From assembly GCA_964390325.1 (NCBI GenBank), contig CAYMHX010000001.1, positions 1 to 45,562 on the forward strand: DNA of 45,562 nt, given 5' to 3'. The translations under genes and the position numbers were made by a program. Source of the stretch: an uncultured Roseburia sp. GTDB taxonomy: Bacteria > Bacillota > Clostridia > Lachnospirales > Lachnospiraceae. Below, piece by piece: positions 9,576 through 19,980 of this stretch (positions are counted from its first letter, which is position 1; every line of letters starts with the position of its first letter). The notes beneath the pieces were generated by a model that saw only the letters and a program-made list of their open reading frames with translations, searched no databases and had not been told where the DNA came from.

Positions 9576-11168
9576 ATGATTCGGATTAATCAGATAAAAA
9601 TGCCGATTTCCCATACGAAGGAAGAACTATGGGATAGGGCAGCAAAGCTGTTAAAGATAAAAAAAACACAGATTCGTTCTATGGAAATTGTAAAAAAGTC
9701 CATTGATGCAAGGAAAAAGCCGGATTTGTATTATGTATACAGTGTCAATGTACTTACTGATAAAGAAGGGGATATTTTAAAAAGGGTGCGTGATAAGAAT
9801 ATCATGTCGATTCAAAAAAAAGAGTATCAACCACAGATTACAGGAAGATTGTCTTTCAAACATCGCCCTGTCATAGTAGGAGCAGGTCCGGCAGGGCTTT
9901 TTTGTGCTTATTTGCTGGCAAAAAATGGATGTGCACCGATTTTATTGGAACGGGGAAAGGCCGTAGAAGACAGGAAGGCAGATGTGGAGAAATTCTGGAA
10001 AACAGGAATATTAGATACCAATTCCAATGTACAGTTTGGAGAAGGCGGGGCTGGTACGTTTTCTGACGGAAAGTTAAATACTGTGGTTAAAGATGCGAGT
10101 GGAAGAAATGTCTTTGTTTTAGAAACATTCGTGAAATTTGGTGCAAAAGAAGAAATTTTATACGACAGTAAACCTCATATCGGAACGGATATATTATGTG
10201 AAGTTATTCAAAATATGCGAAAAGACATTCTTCGTATGGGCGGTGAAATTCGTTTCCAGACTTGTGTGACGGATTTAAAGATAGAAGATGGTAAAATTTG
10301 TGCCGTAGAATGTAATCAAAAAGAATGGATAGAAACAGAAGTGTGTGTATTGGCACTTGGGCATAGTGCAAGAGATACGTTTGCGATGCTGCTTCAACAT
10401 CAATTAGAGATGCTTCCAAAATCTTTTGCAGTTGGTTTTCGTGTGGAACATCCACAAAAAGAGATGAATGAAATTCAGTATGGAGAAAAATATGCCAAAA
10501 AACTTCCAGCAGCACCGTATAAGGTGACAGCCAATTTAGAAAATGGCAGAGGGGTGTATTCTTTTTGTATGTGTCCTGGGGGATATGTGGTAAATGCTTC
10601 CTCCGAAGAAAAAAAAGTGGCAGTCAATGGCATGAGCTATGCTGCAAGGGATAGTAAAAATGCAAATAGTGCGATTATTGTATCTGTTACACCGGAAGAT
10701 TTTGGAGAAACGGATGCATTGGCAGGAGTACGGTTTCAGCAAAAATTAGAAGAACAAACTTATCAGTTAGCACAGGGAAAAATTCCGCAGCAGTTATTTG
10801 GCGATTACTGTGCTAATCAAGTGTCAAAATCATATGGAAGTTATGAGAGTGAAACAAAGGGAGAGAGGCAGTTTGCTAATTTACGCGGTCTGCTTCCAAA
10901 TGAAATAGAAACGTCTTTTATAGAGGGAATGCATGTTTTTGCAAAGGCAATTCCAAATTTTGATAGGGAGGATGCGATTTTATCAGCAATTGAGAGCAGA
11001 ACGTCCTCGCCTGTTCGGATTAGCAGAAATGAGGAATTTTTATCGAATATAGAGGGGATTTATCCATGTGGCGAGGGTGCAGGCTATGCAGGAGGCATTA
11101 CTTCCGCAGCGATAGATGGCTTAAAAGTGGCAGAAGCAATTATAAAATATAAAACAATTCAAAAGTGA
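9576..11168 (+). CDS. FAD-dependent oxidoreductase (uncharacterised family); ATG at 9576 after GGAG preferred over 9537
   Basis: GAGPAG, FGEGGAGTFSDGKL, SFCMCPGG, GEGAGYAGGITSAAIDG. Confidence 0.9.
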   Translation: MIRINQIKMPISHTKEELWDRAAKLLKIKKTQIRSMEIVKKSIDARKKPDLYYVYSVNVLTDKEGDILKRVRDKNIMSIQKKEYQPQITGRLSFKHRPVIVGAGPAGLFCAYLLAKNGCAPILLERGKAVEDRKADVEKFWKTGILDTNSNVQFGEGGAGTFSDGKLNTVVKDASGRNVFVLETFVKFGAKEEILYDSKPHIGTDILCEVIQNMRKDILRMGGEIRFQTCVTDLKIEDGKICAVECNQKEWIETEVCVLALGHSARDTFAMLLQHQLEMLPKSFAVGFRVEHPQKEMNEIQYGEKYAKKLPAAPYKVTANLENGRGVYSFCMCPGGYVVNASSEEKKVAVNGMSYAARDSKNANSAIIVSVTPEDFGETDALAGVRFQQKLEEQTYQLAQGKIPQQLFGDYCANQVSKSYGSYESETKGERQFANLRGLLPNEIETSFIEGMHVFAKAIPNFDREDAILSAIESRTSSPVRISRNEEFLSNIEGIYPCGEGAGYAGGITSAAIDGLKVAEAIIKYKTIQK

Positions 11169-11177
11169 GGATTTGTT

Positions 11178-13826
11178 GTGGCAGAATATACACCAATGAT
11201 GCGTCAGTATTTACAGACAAAGGAAGAATATAAAGATTGTATCTTATTTTATCGTTTGGGTGATTTTTATGAAATGTTTTTTGATGATGCAATTTTAGTA
11301 TCGAGAGAATTAGAACTCACTCTGACAGGAAAACAGTGTGGCATGGAGGAACGAGCTCCAATGTGCGGTGTACCTCATCATGCTGTAGAAGGTTATTTAA
11401 ACCGTCTGGTGGCAAATGGGCATAAGGTAGCTATTTGTGAACAGGTAGAAGACCCAAAGACAACGAAGGGTATTGTAAAGCGTGAAGTGGTACGTGTGGT
11501 AACACCGGGAACAAATATGGATGCAGCCGTTTTAGACGAGTCCAAAAATAATTATATGATGTGTATTGTATACATGGAAGATAAGTATGGTGTTGCGATT
11601 GCAGATGTTTCTACGGGCGATTTTTATATGACGGAAGTAGAGAATGAACGGAAACTTTTAGATGAAATTCACAAGTTTTCTCCATCGGAAATTGTCTGCA
11701 ATGAGAGTTTTTATATGAGTGGCGTGGATTTAGAGGAGATGCGTCATAGGCTTATGATTACGATTTATGCATTGGAATCGTGGTATTTTAGTGATGAAAC
11801 AACGATGACAGCCATAAAAGAGCATTTTAAAGTAAATAGTATCGAAGGGCTTGGATTAAAGGATTATGTAAATGGAACAATTGCAGCAGGTGCATTATTA
11901 CGGTATTTGCATGAAACACAGAAAAATTCTTTGGAACATATTTCAGCCATCCGTCCGTATTCCACAGGAAAGTACATGATTTTAGACAGCTCTACCAGAA
12001 GAAATTTGGAATTGGTAGAAACACTGCGGGAAAAACAAAAACGAGGTTCTCTGCTTTGGGTTTTAGATAAAACAAAAACAGCAATGGGAGCGCGTATGCT
12101 TCGTTCCTATGTAGAACAGCCTTTGATTGAAAAAGCAGAAATCGAAAAACGACAGGATGCAATTGAGGAAATTAATAAACATATTATTACAAGGGAAGAA
12201 TTGAGGGAGTACTTAAATCCAATTTATGACTTAGAACGGTTGATTACCCGCGTTACTTATATGACGGCAAATCCGAGGGACTTAATTGCATTTAAACATT
12301 CGATAGCAATGCTTCCTCCGATTAAAACTTTGTTAAATGATTATCAATGTGAAATATTACTACAGATACAGGAAGAAATGGACACCTTAGAAGAACTTCA
12401 TGCACTGATTGAATCAGCTATTTTAGAAGAACCTCCAATCAGTGTCAGAGAAGGAGGCTTGATAAAAGATGGTTATTTTGAAGAAGTAGATAATTATCGA
12501 AAAGCGAAAACAGAGGGGAAAACATGGCTTGCCCAGTTAGAAGCAAAAGAGCGGGAAAAAACAGGGATTAAAAATTTAAAGATTAAATATAATAAGGTAT
12601 TTGGGTATTATTTAGAAGTGACCAATTCCTATAAAGATTTGGTACCGGATTATTTTACCAGAAGACAGACCCTTGCAAATGCAGAACGTTATATTACGCC
12701 GGAATTAAAAGAGTTAGAAGAAATGATTTTAGGTGCAGAGGAGAAGCTGGTTAATTTAGAATATGAACTGTTTTGTCAGGTGCGCAATGCCATTGCAGAA
12801 GAAGTGGTACAAATTCAAAAAACAGCAAAAGCCATTGCAAAATTAGATACCTTCCTTTCTTTGGCAGTTGTAGCAGATGTAAATCGTTATTGCAGACCAA
12901 AAATAAATGAAAACGGCTTGATTGATATTAAAGAAGGACGGCATCCTGTGGTAGAAAAAATGATTCCAAATGATATGTTTATCACAAATGATACCTATTT
13001 AGACAATCATTCTCACCGTATTTCCATCATTACAGGACCAAATATGGCAGGTAAATCGACCTATATGAGACAGACAGCATTAATTGTTTTGATGGCACAG
13101 ATTGGAAGCTTCGTGCCTGCTGCTTCTGCAAAAATCGGCATTGCAGACCGTATTTTTACGCGTGTGGGAGCATCGGATGACCTTGCAAGCGGACAGAGTA
13201 CATTTATGGTGGAAATGAATGAGGTTGCCAATATTTTACGGAATGCAACCAGTAATTCACTGCTTATTTTGGATGAAATCGGGAGAGGAACGAGTACCTT
13301 TGACGGTCTTAGCATTGCATGGGCAGTAGTGGAGCATATTAGTAATCCAAAGCTTTTAGGAGCAAAGACTTTATTTGCTACCCATTACCATGAATTGACG
13401 GAATTAGAAGGAAAACTTCACAATGTCAATAATTATTGTATTGCGGTAAAAGAAAAAGGTGATGATATTGTATTCCTTCGTAAAATTGTAAAAGGCGGTG
13501 CCGATAAGAGTTATGGAATTCAGGTAGCAAAACTTGCAGGTGTGCCTGACTCTGTCATTGAACGTGCGAAACAGATTGTGGACAAATTAATTGAGAATGA
13601 TATTGCTTCTGTAGCAAGAGGCATTGAAGTCGAAAGCCATGGGAAAAAAAAGAAGAAAAAAGAAGTATTAGATGAAGTGGATTTGGCACAGATGTCTTTG
13701 TTTGATACCATGGGGAATGATAAGATTATTGAAGAATTAAAAAATGTAGATGTAGCAAATATGACACCGATGGAAGCAATGAATAAACTGTTTGAATTAC
13801 AGAATAAAGTGAAAAATCGGTGGTAA
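11178..13826 (+). CDS. mutS: DNA mismatch repair protein MutS
   Basis: TPMMRQY, GDFYEMF, GPNMAGKSTYMRQ, DEIGRGTST, ATHYHEL. Confidence 0.98.
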   Translation: MAEYTPMMRQYLQTKEEYKDCILFYRLGDFYEMFFDDAILVSRELELTLTGKQCGMEERAPMCGVPHHAVEGYLNRLVANGHKVAICEQVEDPKTTKGIVKREVVRVVTPGTNMDAAVLDESKNNYMMCIVYMEDKYGVAIADVSTGDFYMTEVENERKLLDEIHKFSPSEIVCNESFYMSGVDLEEMRHRLMITIYALESWYFSDETTMTAIKEHFKVNSIEGLGLKDYVNGTIAAGALLRYLHETQKNSLEHISAIRPYSTGKYMILDSSTRRNLELVETLREKQKRGSLLWVLDKTKTAMGARMLRSYVEQPLIEKAEIEKRQDAIEEINKHIITREELREYLNPIYDLERLITRVTYMTANPRDLIAFKHSIAMLPPIKTLLNDYQCEILLQIQEEMDTLEELHALIESAILEEPPISVREGGLIKDGYFEEVDNYRKAKTEGKTWLAQLEAKEREKTGIKNLKIKYNKVFGYYLEVTNSYKDLVPDYFTRRQTLANAERYITPELKELEEMILGAEEKLVNLEYELFCQVRNAIAEEVVQIQKTAKAIAKLDTFLSLAVVADVNRYCRPKINENGLIDIKEGRHPVVEKMIPNDMFITNDTYLDNHSHRISIITGPNMAGKSTYMRQTALIVLMAQIGSFVPAASAKIGIADRIFTRVGASDDLASGQSTFMVEMNEVANILRNATSNSLLILDEIGRGTSTFDGLSIAWAVVEHISNPKLLGAKTLFATHYHELTELEGKLHNVNNYCIAVKEKGDDIVFLRKIVKGGADKSYGIQVAKLAGVPDSVIERAKQIVDKLIENDIASVARGIEVESHGKKKKKKEVLDEVDLAQMSLFDTMGNDKIIEELKNVDVANMTPMEAMNKLFELQNKVKNRW

Positions 13827-13838
13827 ATGGAGAAGCGT

Positions 13839-15908
13839 ATGCCGACAATTCAAGTATTAGACCAACAAACGATTGATAAAATTGCAGCAGGAGAAGTGGT
13901 GGAACGCCCTTCTTCCGTAGTAAAAGAATTGGTAGAAAATGCCATTGATGCGAAAGCAACTGCGGTGACGGTAGAAATTAAGGAAGGCGGGATTTCATTT
14001 ATCCGTATTACAGATAATGGCTGTGGAATCGAAAAAGACCAAATTCCATTGGCATTTTTACGGCATTCTACCAGTAAAATTAAGTCCGTAGAGGATTTAG
14101 TAACAATTTCTTCACTTGGATTTCGCGGGGAAGCACTTTCAAGTATTGCAGCAGTGTCACAGGTGGAATTGATTACAAAGACCTATCAGGATTTGACTGG
14201 CACAAGATATGTTATCGAAGGCTCGAAGGAGATTGTTTGTGAAGAAATTGGTGCACCGGAGGGAACGACCTTTCTTGTAAAAAATTTATTTTTTAATACC
14301 CCTGTCAGAAGAAAGTTTTTAAAAACAGCACAGACAGAGGGAAATTATATTGCAGATTTAATGGAGCGTATGGCATTATCGCATCCGAATATTTCGTTTA
14401 AATTTATCAACAATGGACAGACAAAACTTCATACATCCGGAAATGGTAATAAAAAAGATTTGATATATCATATTTTTGGCAGAGATATTACCAGTTCTCT
14501 TATCGCTATAAATGAAAAGACAGAATATTTTGAAATCGATGGTTTTATCGGAAAACCAAATGTGTCACGCGGCAATCGTAATTATGAAAATTATTTTATT
14601 AATGGACGTTATATCAAAAGCAATTTAATAGCAAAGAGTATCGAAGACGGTTATAAGGGATTTTTGATGCAGCATCAGTATCCGTTTTGTGTGTTATATA
14701 TTGGTATGAATAGTGAATTATTGGATGTGAATGTACATCCAACGAAAATGGAGCTTCGGTTTACGCAGAATGAAGAAATTTATAAATTCTTGTATGAAAT
14801 TATAAAAAATGCAGTTTCAAAGAAAGAATGGATACAGCAGGTGCCTGTCAAAGAAGAAAAAAAACAGGAAAAACGACAGATAGAAAAAGCAGCACCGGAA
14901 CCATTTGAGGTAAGAAGACTTGCTGAAACCAGACAAGAGAATGTTAATCTTTTCACAAATGAACAGGCCAAAAGAAATGAAATGTTTTTAAATGAACGGA
15001 AGATAAATGAAATTCGTAAAGCAGTGTCAATAGACAGTCCTTATGAAGCGAAGTATTCGCAGAAGTATTCGGGAAAATATTCCGATAGAGTGAGAGAAAA
15101 TTCTCAAATGGAAGATGTTAGCATGGGGTCTAATCATGCATCAGACGTATTTGAACGCTTGTCGAAACGCTCAAACGGAATGATTGTGAGAAAAGAGACG
15201 GTAAGTGAAGGTTTAGAAAAAGAACAGAAATTAAATACAGAACTGTGGCAGCAGAGTGCAGCAGCAGTGCAGATTTACGAACAACAGAGTTTGGAAGCTT
15301 TAGATACAGGTTTTCTTACCCAAACAGCTCGGAAAAAGCATAAAATCATTGGTCAGCTTTTTGATACTTATTGGTTAATTGAGTATGAAGAAAAGTTATT
15401 TATCATAGACCAGCATGCAGCCCATGAAAAGGTACTTTATGAGCAGACAATGAAGAAATTGAAAAATAAGGCATTTGCTTCACAGACGATAAGTCCGCCC
15501 ATTATTTTGACTTTAAATAACGAAGAAGAAGCTGTTATCTCCAAATATCGGGAAGAATTTTTAACCTTTGGTTATGAAATTGAGCCTTTTGGAGGAAAAG
15601 AATATGCAATTACAGCAATTCCGGCAGATTTTACAGATGTGGATATGAAATCCATGTTTGTTGACCTATTATCTGATTTTACATCGTCAGGCTGTGAGCA
15701 GACACCGATTTTAATTCTTGAAAAAGTTGCTTCCATGTCATGTAAAGCAGCAGTAAAGGCACATGATAAGTTAAGTTTTGCTGAAGCAGAGCATTTAATA
15801 GATACGTTATTGACTTTAGAAAATCCTTATCAGTGTCCGCACGGAAGACCAACTATTATTTCTATGACAAGATATGAATTAGAAAAGAAATTTAAACGAA
15901 TAGTTTAA
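13839..15908 (+). CDS. mutL: DNA mismatch repair endonuclease MutL (start 13839 or 13827)
   Basis: IAAGEVVERP, GFRGEAL, DQHAAHE endonuclease motif, CPHGRP. Confidence 0.98.
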   Translation: MPTIQVLDQQTIDKIAAGEVVERPSSVVKELVENAIDAKATAVTVEIKEGGISFIRITDNGCGIEKDQIPLAFLRHSTSKIKSVEDLVTISSLGFRGEALSSIAAVSQVELITKTYQDLTGTRYVIEGSKEIVCEEIGAPEGTTFLVKNLFFNTPVRRKFLKTAQTEGNYIADLMERMALSHPNISFKFINNGQTKLHTSGNGNKKDLIYHIFGRDITSSLIAINEKTEYFEIDGFIGKPNVSRGNRNYENYFINGRYIKSNLIAKSIEDGYKGFLMQHQYPFCVLYIGMNSELLDVNVHPTKMELRFTQNEEIYKFLYEIIKNAVSKKEWIQQVPVKEEKKQEKRQIEKAAPEPFEVRRLAETRQENVNLFTNEQAKRNEMFLNERKINEIRKAVSIDSPYEAKYSQKYSGKYSDRVRENSQMEDVSMGSNHASDVFERLSKRSNGMIVRKETVSEGLEKEQKLNTELWQQSAAAVQIYEQQSLEALDTGFLTQTARKKHKIIGQLFDTYWLIEYEEKLFIIDQHAAHEKVLYEQTMKKLKNKAFASQTISPPIILTLNNEEEAVISKYREEFLTFGYEIEPFGGKEYAITAIPADFTDVDMKSMFVDLLSDFTSSGCEQTPILILEKVASMSCKAAVKAHDKLSFAEAEHLIDTLLTLENPYQCPHGRPTIISMTRYELEKKFKRIV

Positions 15909-15927
15909 AGCGAAAGGTATTTAGATT

Positions 15928-16881
15928 ATGAAAGACAGAAAACCATTTATTGTATTAACAGGTCCGACGGCAGTCGGGAAAACAGCACTTTCTATTGCAT
16001 TGGCAAAAGCAGTGAACGGTTCTGTGATTTCTGCGGATTCTATGCAGGTATATAAGTATATGGACATTGGTTCTGCAAAAATTATGCCGGAGGAAATGGA
16101 AGGTGTGAAGCATTATCTGGTGGATGAATTAGAGCCGGAAGAAGAATTTCATGTAGTGCGTTTTACAGAACGTGCGAAAGAATGTTTAGAGGAAATTTAT
16201 GCAGAGGGAAAGGTGCCGATTATTGTGGGTGGTACAGGTTTTTATATTCAGGCATTGTTATATGATATTGATTTTTCCAAACAGGATGCAGATAGTGAAT
16301 ACAGAGAAGAATTAGAACATTTGGCAAAGGAAAAGGGCGCAGAATATTTGCATGAAAAGTTAAGAGAAGTAGATCCTGCATCTGCGGAAAACATTCATGC
16401 GAATAATATAAAACGTGTGATTCGTGCATTGGAATTTTATCATTTGACAGGAACAAAGATTTCAGAACACAATGAAACGGAACGGCAGAAAGAGTCTCCT
16501 TACAATTTTGCCTATTTTGTTTTAACGGATGAAAGAGCAAAGCTTTATGAACGTATTGACAAACGGGTAGATATTATGGTAGAAAAAGGTCTGATAGAAG
16601 AAGTAAAAAAACTAAAGGACATGGGCTATCATAGAGAAATGGTGTCAATGCAGGGATTAGGCTATAAAGAAATGTTGGATTATTTGGATGGAAAATTGAC
16701 CTTAGAAGAAGCAGTTTATATTATCAAAAGAGAAACCAGACATTTTGCAAAACGCCAGTTGACATGGTTCCGACGAGAAGATGATGTCATTTGGTTTGAT
16801 AAAAATGCATATCATCATTCTGAGGAAGCAATTCTTTCGGAGATGATAAAAATACTGAAGGAGAAAAAAATTATATGTTAA
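15928..16881 (+). CDS. miaA: tRNA dimethylallyltransferase
   Basis: GPTAVGKT, SADSMQVY, VGGTGFY, AKRQLTW. Confidence 0.97.
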   Translation: MKDRKPFIVLTGPTAVGKTALSIALAKAVNGSVISADSMQVYKYMDIGSAKIMPEEMEGVKHYLVDELEPEEEFHVVRFTERAKECLEEIYAEGKVPIIVGGTGFYIQALLYDIDFSKQDADSEYREELEHLAKEKGAEYLHEKLREVDPASAENIHANNIKRVIRALEFYHLTGTKISEHNETERQKESPYNFAYFVLTDERAKLYERIDKRVDIMVEKGLIEEVKKLKDMGYHREMVSMQGLGYKEMLDYLDGKLTLEEAVYIIKRETRHFAKRQLTWFRREDDVIWFDKNAYHHSEEAILSEMIKILKEKKIIC

Positions 16882-18164
16882 TAGAAGAATACAAACGTCT
16901 CGGAATTTCAGAAGAAGTATATCGTTTTGGAGAAAAAATCGAAGAACGTTTGGAAAAACGTTTTAAAGAAATTGATAAGCGGGCAGAATATAACCAAATG
17001 AAGGTAATTCGTGCGATGCAGGAAAATCGGGTAAGCGCAGAGTGTTTTAATACTTCTTCCGGTTACGGTTATAACGATTTAGGGAGAGATACCTTAGAAA
17101 AGGTATATGCATCCTGCTTTAAGGGAGAAGATGCACTGGTAAGACCACAGATTACTTGTGGAACACATGCATTAGCGCTTGCTTTGATGTCAAATTTAAG
17201 ACCTGGAGACGAACTCTTATCTCCGGTTGGAAAGCCTTATGATACATTAGAAGAAGTAATTGGCATTCGTAAATCCAAAGGTTCTCTTGCAGAATATGGC
17301 ATTACTTATCGTCAGGTAGACTTACTTATCGATGGAACCTTTGATTACGAGGGAATTAAAAAGGCAATCAACGAACGTACGAAATTAGTAACCATTCAGC
17401 GTTCCAAAGGCTATGCAACAAGACCAACCTTTTCCGTAGACCAGATTGGAGAATTGGTGGCTTTTGTGAAGAATATCAAACCAGATATTATCTGTATGGT
17501 AGATAACTGTTATGGAGAATTTGTAGAAGAAAAAGAACCGTTAGAAGTAGGTGCTGATATGATAGTAGGTTCTTTGATTAAAAATCCGGGCGGCGGACTT
17601 GCACCAATCGGCGGTTATATCGTAGGAAAAAAAGAATGCGTAGAAAACGCTGCCTATCGTTTGACGTCGCCTGGACTTGGAAAAGAAGTAGGAGCTTCTT
17701 TGGGTGTTATTCAGTCCTTCTATCAGGGATTGTTTTTAAGTCCTACGGTGGTAAGCGGTGCATTAAAGGGAGCTATTTTTGCGGCAAATATTTTTGAAGA
17801 TTTGGGATTTGATGTCATTCCAAATGCTGTTGAATCCAGACACGATATTATTCAGGCTGTTACCTTCCATAATGCTGATGCTATGATTGCATTTTGTGAA
17901 GGAATTCAGGCAGCGGCACCAGTGGATAGTTATGTGACACCGGAGCCATGGGCAATGCCGGGATATGACAGCGATGTCATTATGGCAGCAGGAGCATTTG
18001 TACAGGGGTCTTCGATTGAATTAAGTGCAGATGGACCGGTAAAACCACCATATTCCGTTTATTTTCAGGGTGGCTTAACTTGGTATCATGCAAAATTAGG
18101 AATTCTTATGGCTTTACAAAAACTTAAAGAACGAAATCTTGTTAATATAGAAGAATTATGCTAA
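16875..18164 (+). CDS. PLP-dependent methionine gamma-lyase family protein (YnbB / 'aluminium resistance' type)
   Basis: GYGYNDLGRD, GTHAL, VDNCYGEF, GSLIKNPGGG. Confidence 0.9.
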   Translation: MLIEEYKRLGISEEVYRFGEKIEERLEKRFKEIDKRAEYNQMKVIRAMQENRVSAECFNTSSGYGYNDLGRDTLEKVYASCFKGEDALVRPQITCGTHALALALMSNLRPGDELLSPVGKPYDTLEEVIGIRKSKGSLAEYGITYRQVDLLIDGTFDYEGIKKAINERTKLVTIQRSKGYATRPTFSVDQIGELVAFVKNIKPDIICMVDNCYGEFVEEKEPLEVGADMIVGSLIKNPGGGLAPIGGYIVGKKECVENAAYRLTSPGLGKEVGASLGVIQSFYQGLFLSPTVVSGALKGAIFAANIFEDLGFDVIPNAVESRHDIIQAVTFHNADAMIAFCEGIQAAAPVDSYVTPEPWAMPGYDSDVIMAAGAFVQGSSIELSADGPVKPPYSVYFQGGLTWYHAKLGILMALQKLKERNLVNIEELC

Positions 18165-18167
18165 AAT
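18139..18167 (+). promoter_or_regulatory. Sigma-A promoter for the radC-mre operon
   Basis: TTGTTA-17 nt-TAAAAT with TG at -15/-14. Confidence 0.5.
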
Positions 18168-18184
18168 AAAAAATGTGGCGACTT

Positions 18185-18202
18185 GTAACTATAAATAGTT
18201 AC
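18185..18202. repeat. 18-bp palindrome made of two element ends
   Basis: GTAACTAT-aa-ATAGTTAC. Confidence 0.7.
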
Positions 18203-18241
18203 CATGATTGATAAATTTCGGGGAAAGTAGTAAGGAGATTT

Positions 18242-18931
18242 ATGAATCAGAATACAACCATCAAAGATTTACCAGATTCAGAGAAGCCATATGAAAAATT
18301 TTTAAATTATGGACCAGAAGCATTAAGTGATGCAGAATTATTAGCTGTGATTATAAAATCTGGCACAAGTGGATTAAAATCCGTAGAAGTTGCACAGAAT
18401 TTTCTAAATCAAAAAAATCATAATCTAATGAACCTGTATGACGTATCTTATGAAGAAATGCTTAAAATGAGGGGCATTGGAAAGGTAAAAGCAATTCAAT
18501 TAAAATGTATTGCAGAATTATCCAATCGTATTACAGCGACAAGGTATATTCAAAAGGTCGCATTACGGGATGCTCATTCTATCGCCATTTATTTTATGGA
18601 GAAGCTTAGGCATGAAGCACAAGAACAGCTTGTTTTGTGTATGTTTGATACCAAATGCCGTTTGATTGGCGATGAGTTGATTTCAAAAGGCAGTGTAAAC
18701 AGCTCAATTGTGCCGCCGAGGGAGATTTTTATTACGGCATTGAAAAAAGGTGCAGTGCATATTGTATTGCTTCACAATCATCCAAGCGGCATAGCAGCAC
18801 CCTCCAAAGAGGACGATAATGCAACCAGACGGATTGCAGAATGTGGACAAATGATAGGAATTCCTTTATCTGACCATATTATTATTGGAGACCATAATTA
18901 TTATAGTTATCGGGAATCTGGATTACTTTAG
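18242..18931 (+). CDS. radC: RadC family JAB-domain protein
   Basis: EKPYEK...LSDAELLA, GIGKVKA, HNHPSG...PSKED, DHIIIG. Confidence 0.95.
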   Translation: MNQNTTIKDLPDSEKPYEKFLNYGPEALSDAELLAVIIKSGTSGLKSVEVAQNFLNQKNHNLMNLYDVSYEEMLKMRGIGKVKAIQLKCIAELSNRITATRYIQKVALRDAHSIAIYFMEKLRHEAQEQLVLCMFDTKCRLIGDELISKGSVNSSIVPPREIFITALKKGAVHIVLLHNHPSGIAAPSKEDDNATRRIAECGQMIGIPLSDHIIIGDHNYYSYRESGLL

Positions 18932-18950
18932 AAAAGTTTGGGAGAGAAAC

Positions 18951-19967
18951 ATGAATAACAATATTTACGGAATTGACCTTGGCACTTGCAATATGAAGGT
19001 ATTTTGTAAGGCCACAAATAAGATAATTAACGAGAAAAATACAGTTGCATTAGTAAACAAAAACCAGATTTACGCATATGGAGATACGGCCTATGCGATG
19101 TATGAAAAAGCACCGGAATTTATTAATGTCGTATTCCCTGTAAGTTGTGGTGTTATTTCAGAAATGAACATTTTACAGAACGCATTACAGGAATTTTTAG
19201 AAAAACAGATGAAGGGAAAATTAAGAGGCTCTGAATTTATTGTTGCAGTACCAACAGATATTACAGATGTAGAGAAAAGAGCGTTTTTTGAAATTTTCTA
19301 CAAGAGTAAATTAAAACCAAAAACAGTTTTATTATGTGAAAAACCAATTGCAGATGCAGTAGGTCTTGGACTGGACGTAAACGAACCGACAGGTATTATG
19401 GTAGTTGACTTAGGGGCAGATACAACAGAAATTTCTGTTATTTCACTTGGCGGTCTTGTATTAAGTGAATTATTACACTTTGGCGGCAATCGTATTGACG
19501 AGTCCATTATTACCTTTGTTAAGCGTAAATACAACCTTTTAATCGGCCAGAAAACAGCACAGGCGTTAAAAGAGGAATTGGGTTCAGGTGTGCCTGGTAA
19601 TACCAATACAATGGTAATTGTAGGCAGAGACGTAGTAAGCGGTCTTCCGATTGAAATGGAGATTTCAGGTGAAGTGATTTACGAAGCGATAAAGGATAAC
19701 TTAAATACCATTTGTAGTGCGATTAAACGAATTCTTGAAAAAACACCTCCGGAATTAGCAAAGGATATCATTCATTCCGGAATCTATATTACAGGAGGCG
19801 GTTCTAAGATTCACGATTTGGATGTATTATTTAAAGAAATCACAAATATTCAGATTAATACATGTGAAGAACCGGAAGAATGTGTGGTACGCGGTTTGAT
19901 GAAGATTGTAGCAGACAGTAAGTTTAAGCACCTTGCTTTTAGTATGAGAAATAAGATTTTAAAATAA
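18951..19967 (+). CDS. mreB: Rod shape-determining protein MreB (divergent); ATG at 18951 after GGAG
   Basis: GIDLGT, GRDVVSGLP, LEKTPPELAKDI, ITGGGS; radC-mreBCD synteny. Confidence 0.9.
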   Translation: MNNNIYGIDLGTCNMKVFCKATNKIINEKNTVALVNKNQIYAYGDTAYAMYEKAPEFINVVFPVSCGVISEMNILQNALQEFLEKQMKGKLRGSEFIVAVPTDITDVEKRAFFEIFYKSKLKPKTVLLCEKPIADAVGLGLDVNEPTGIMVVDLGADTTEISVISLGGLVLSELLHFGGNRIDESIITFVKRKYNLLIGQKTAQALKEELGSGVPGNTNTMVIVGRDVVSGLPIEMEISGEVIYEAIKDNLNTICSAIKRILEKTPPELAKDIIHSGIYITGGGSKIHDLDVLFKEITNIQINTCEEPEECVVRGLMKIVADSKFKHLAFSMRNKILK

Positions 19968-19980
19968 ATAGAGGACGTCT

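Noticed and set aside
16860..16900. No hfq/hflX between miaA and the ynbB-like gene
   Set aside because: The genes overlap cleanly with no remnant; likely ordinary lineage gene order.
18242..18931. radC as a mobile-element or anti-defence marker
   Set aside because: Full-length chromosomal type in its usual position before mreBCD.
18885..18950. Long ORF-track overlaps (radC/mreB, rodA/mgsA, lspA/rluD)
   Set aside because: Artefacts of choosing the most upstream start; downstream starts with an SD (18951, 26470, 34284) remove or shrink them.
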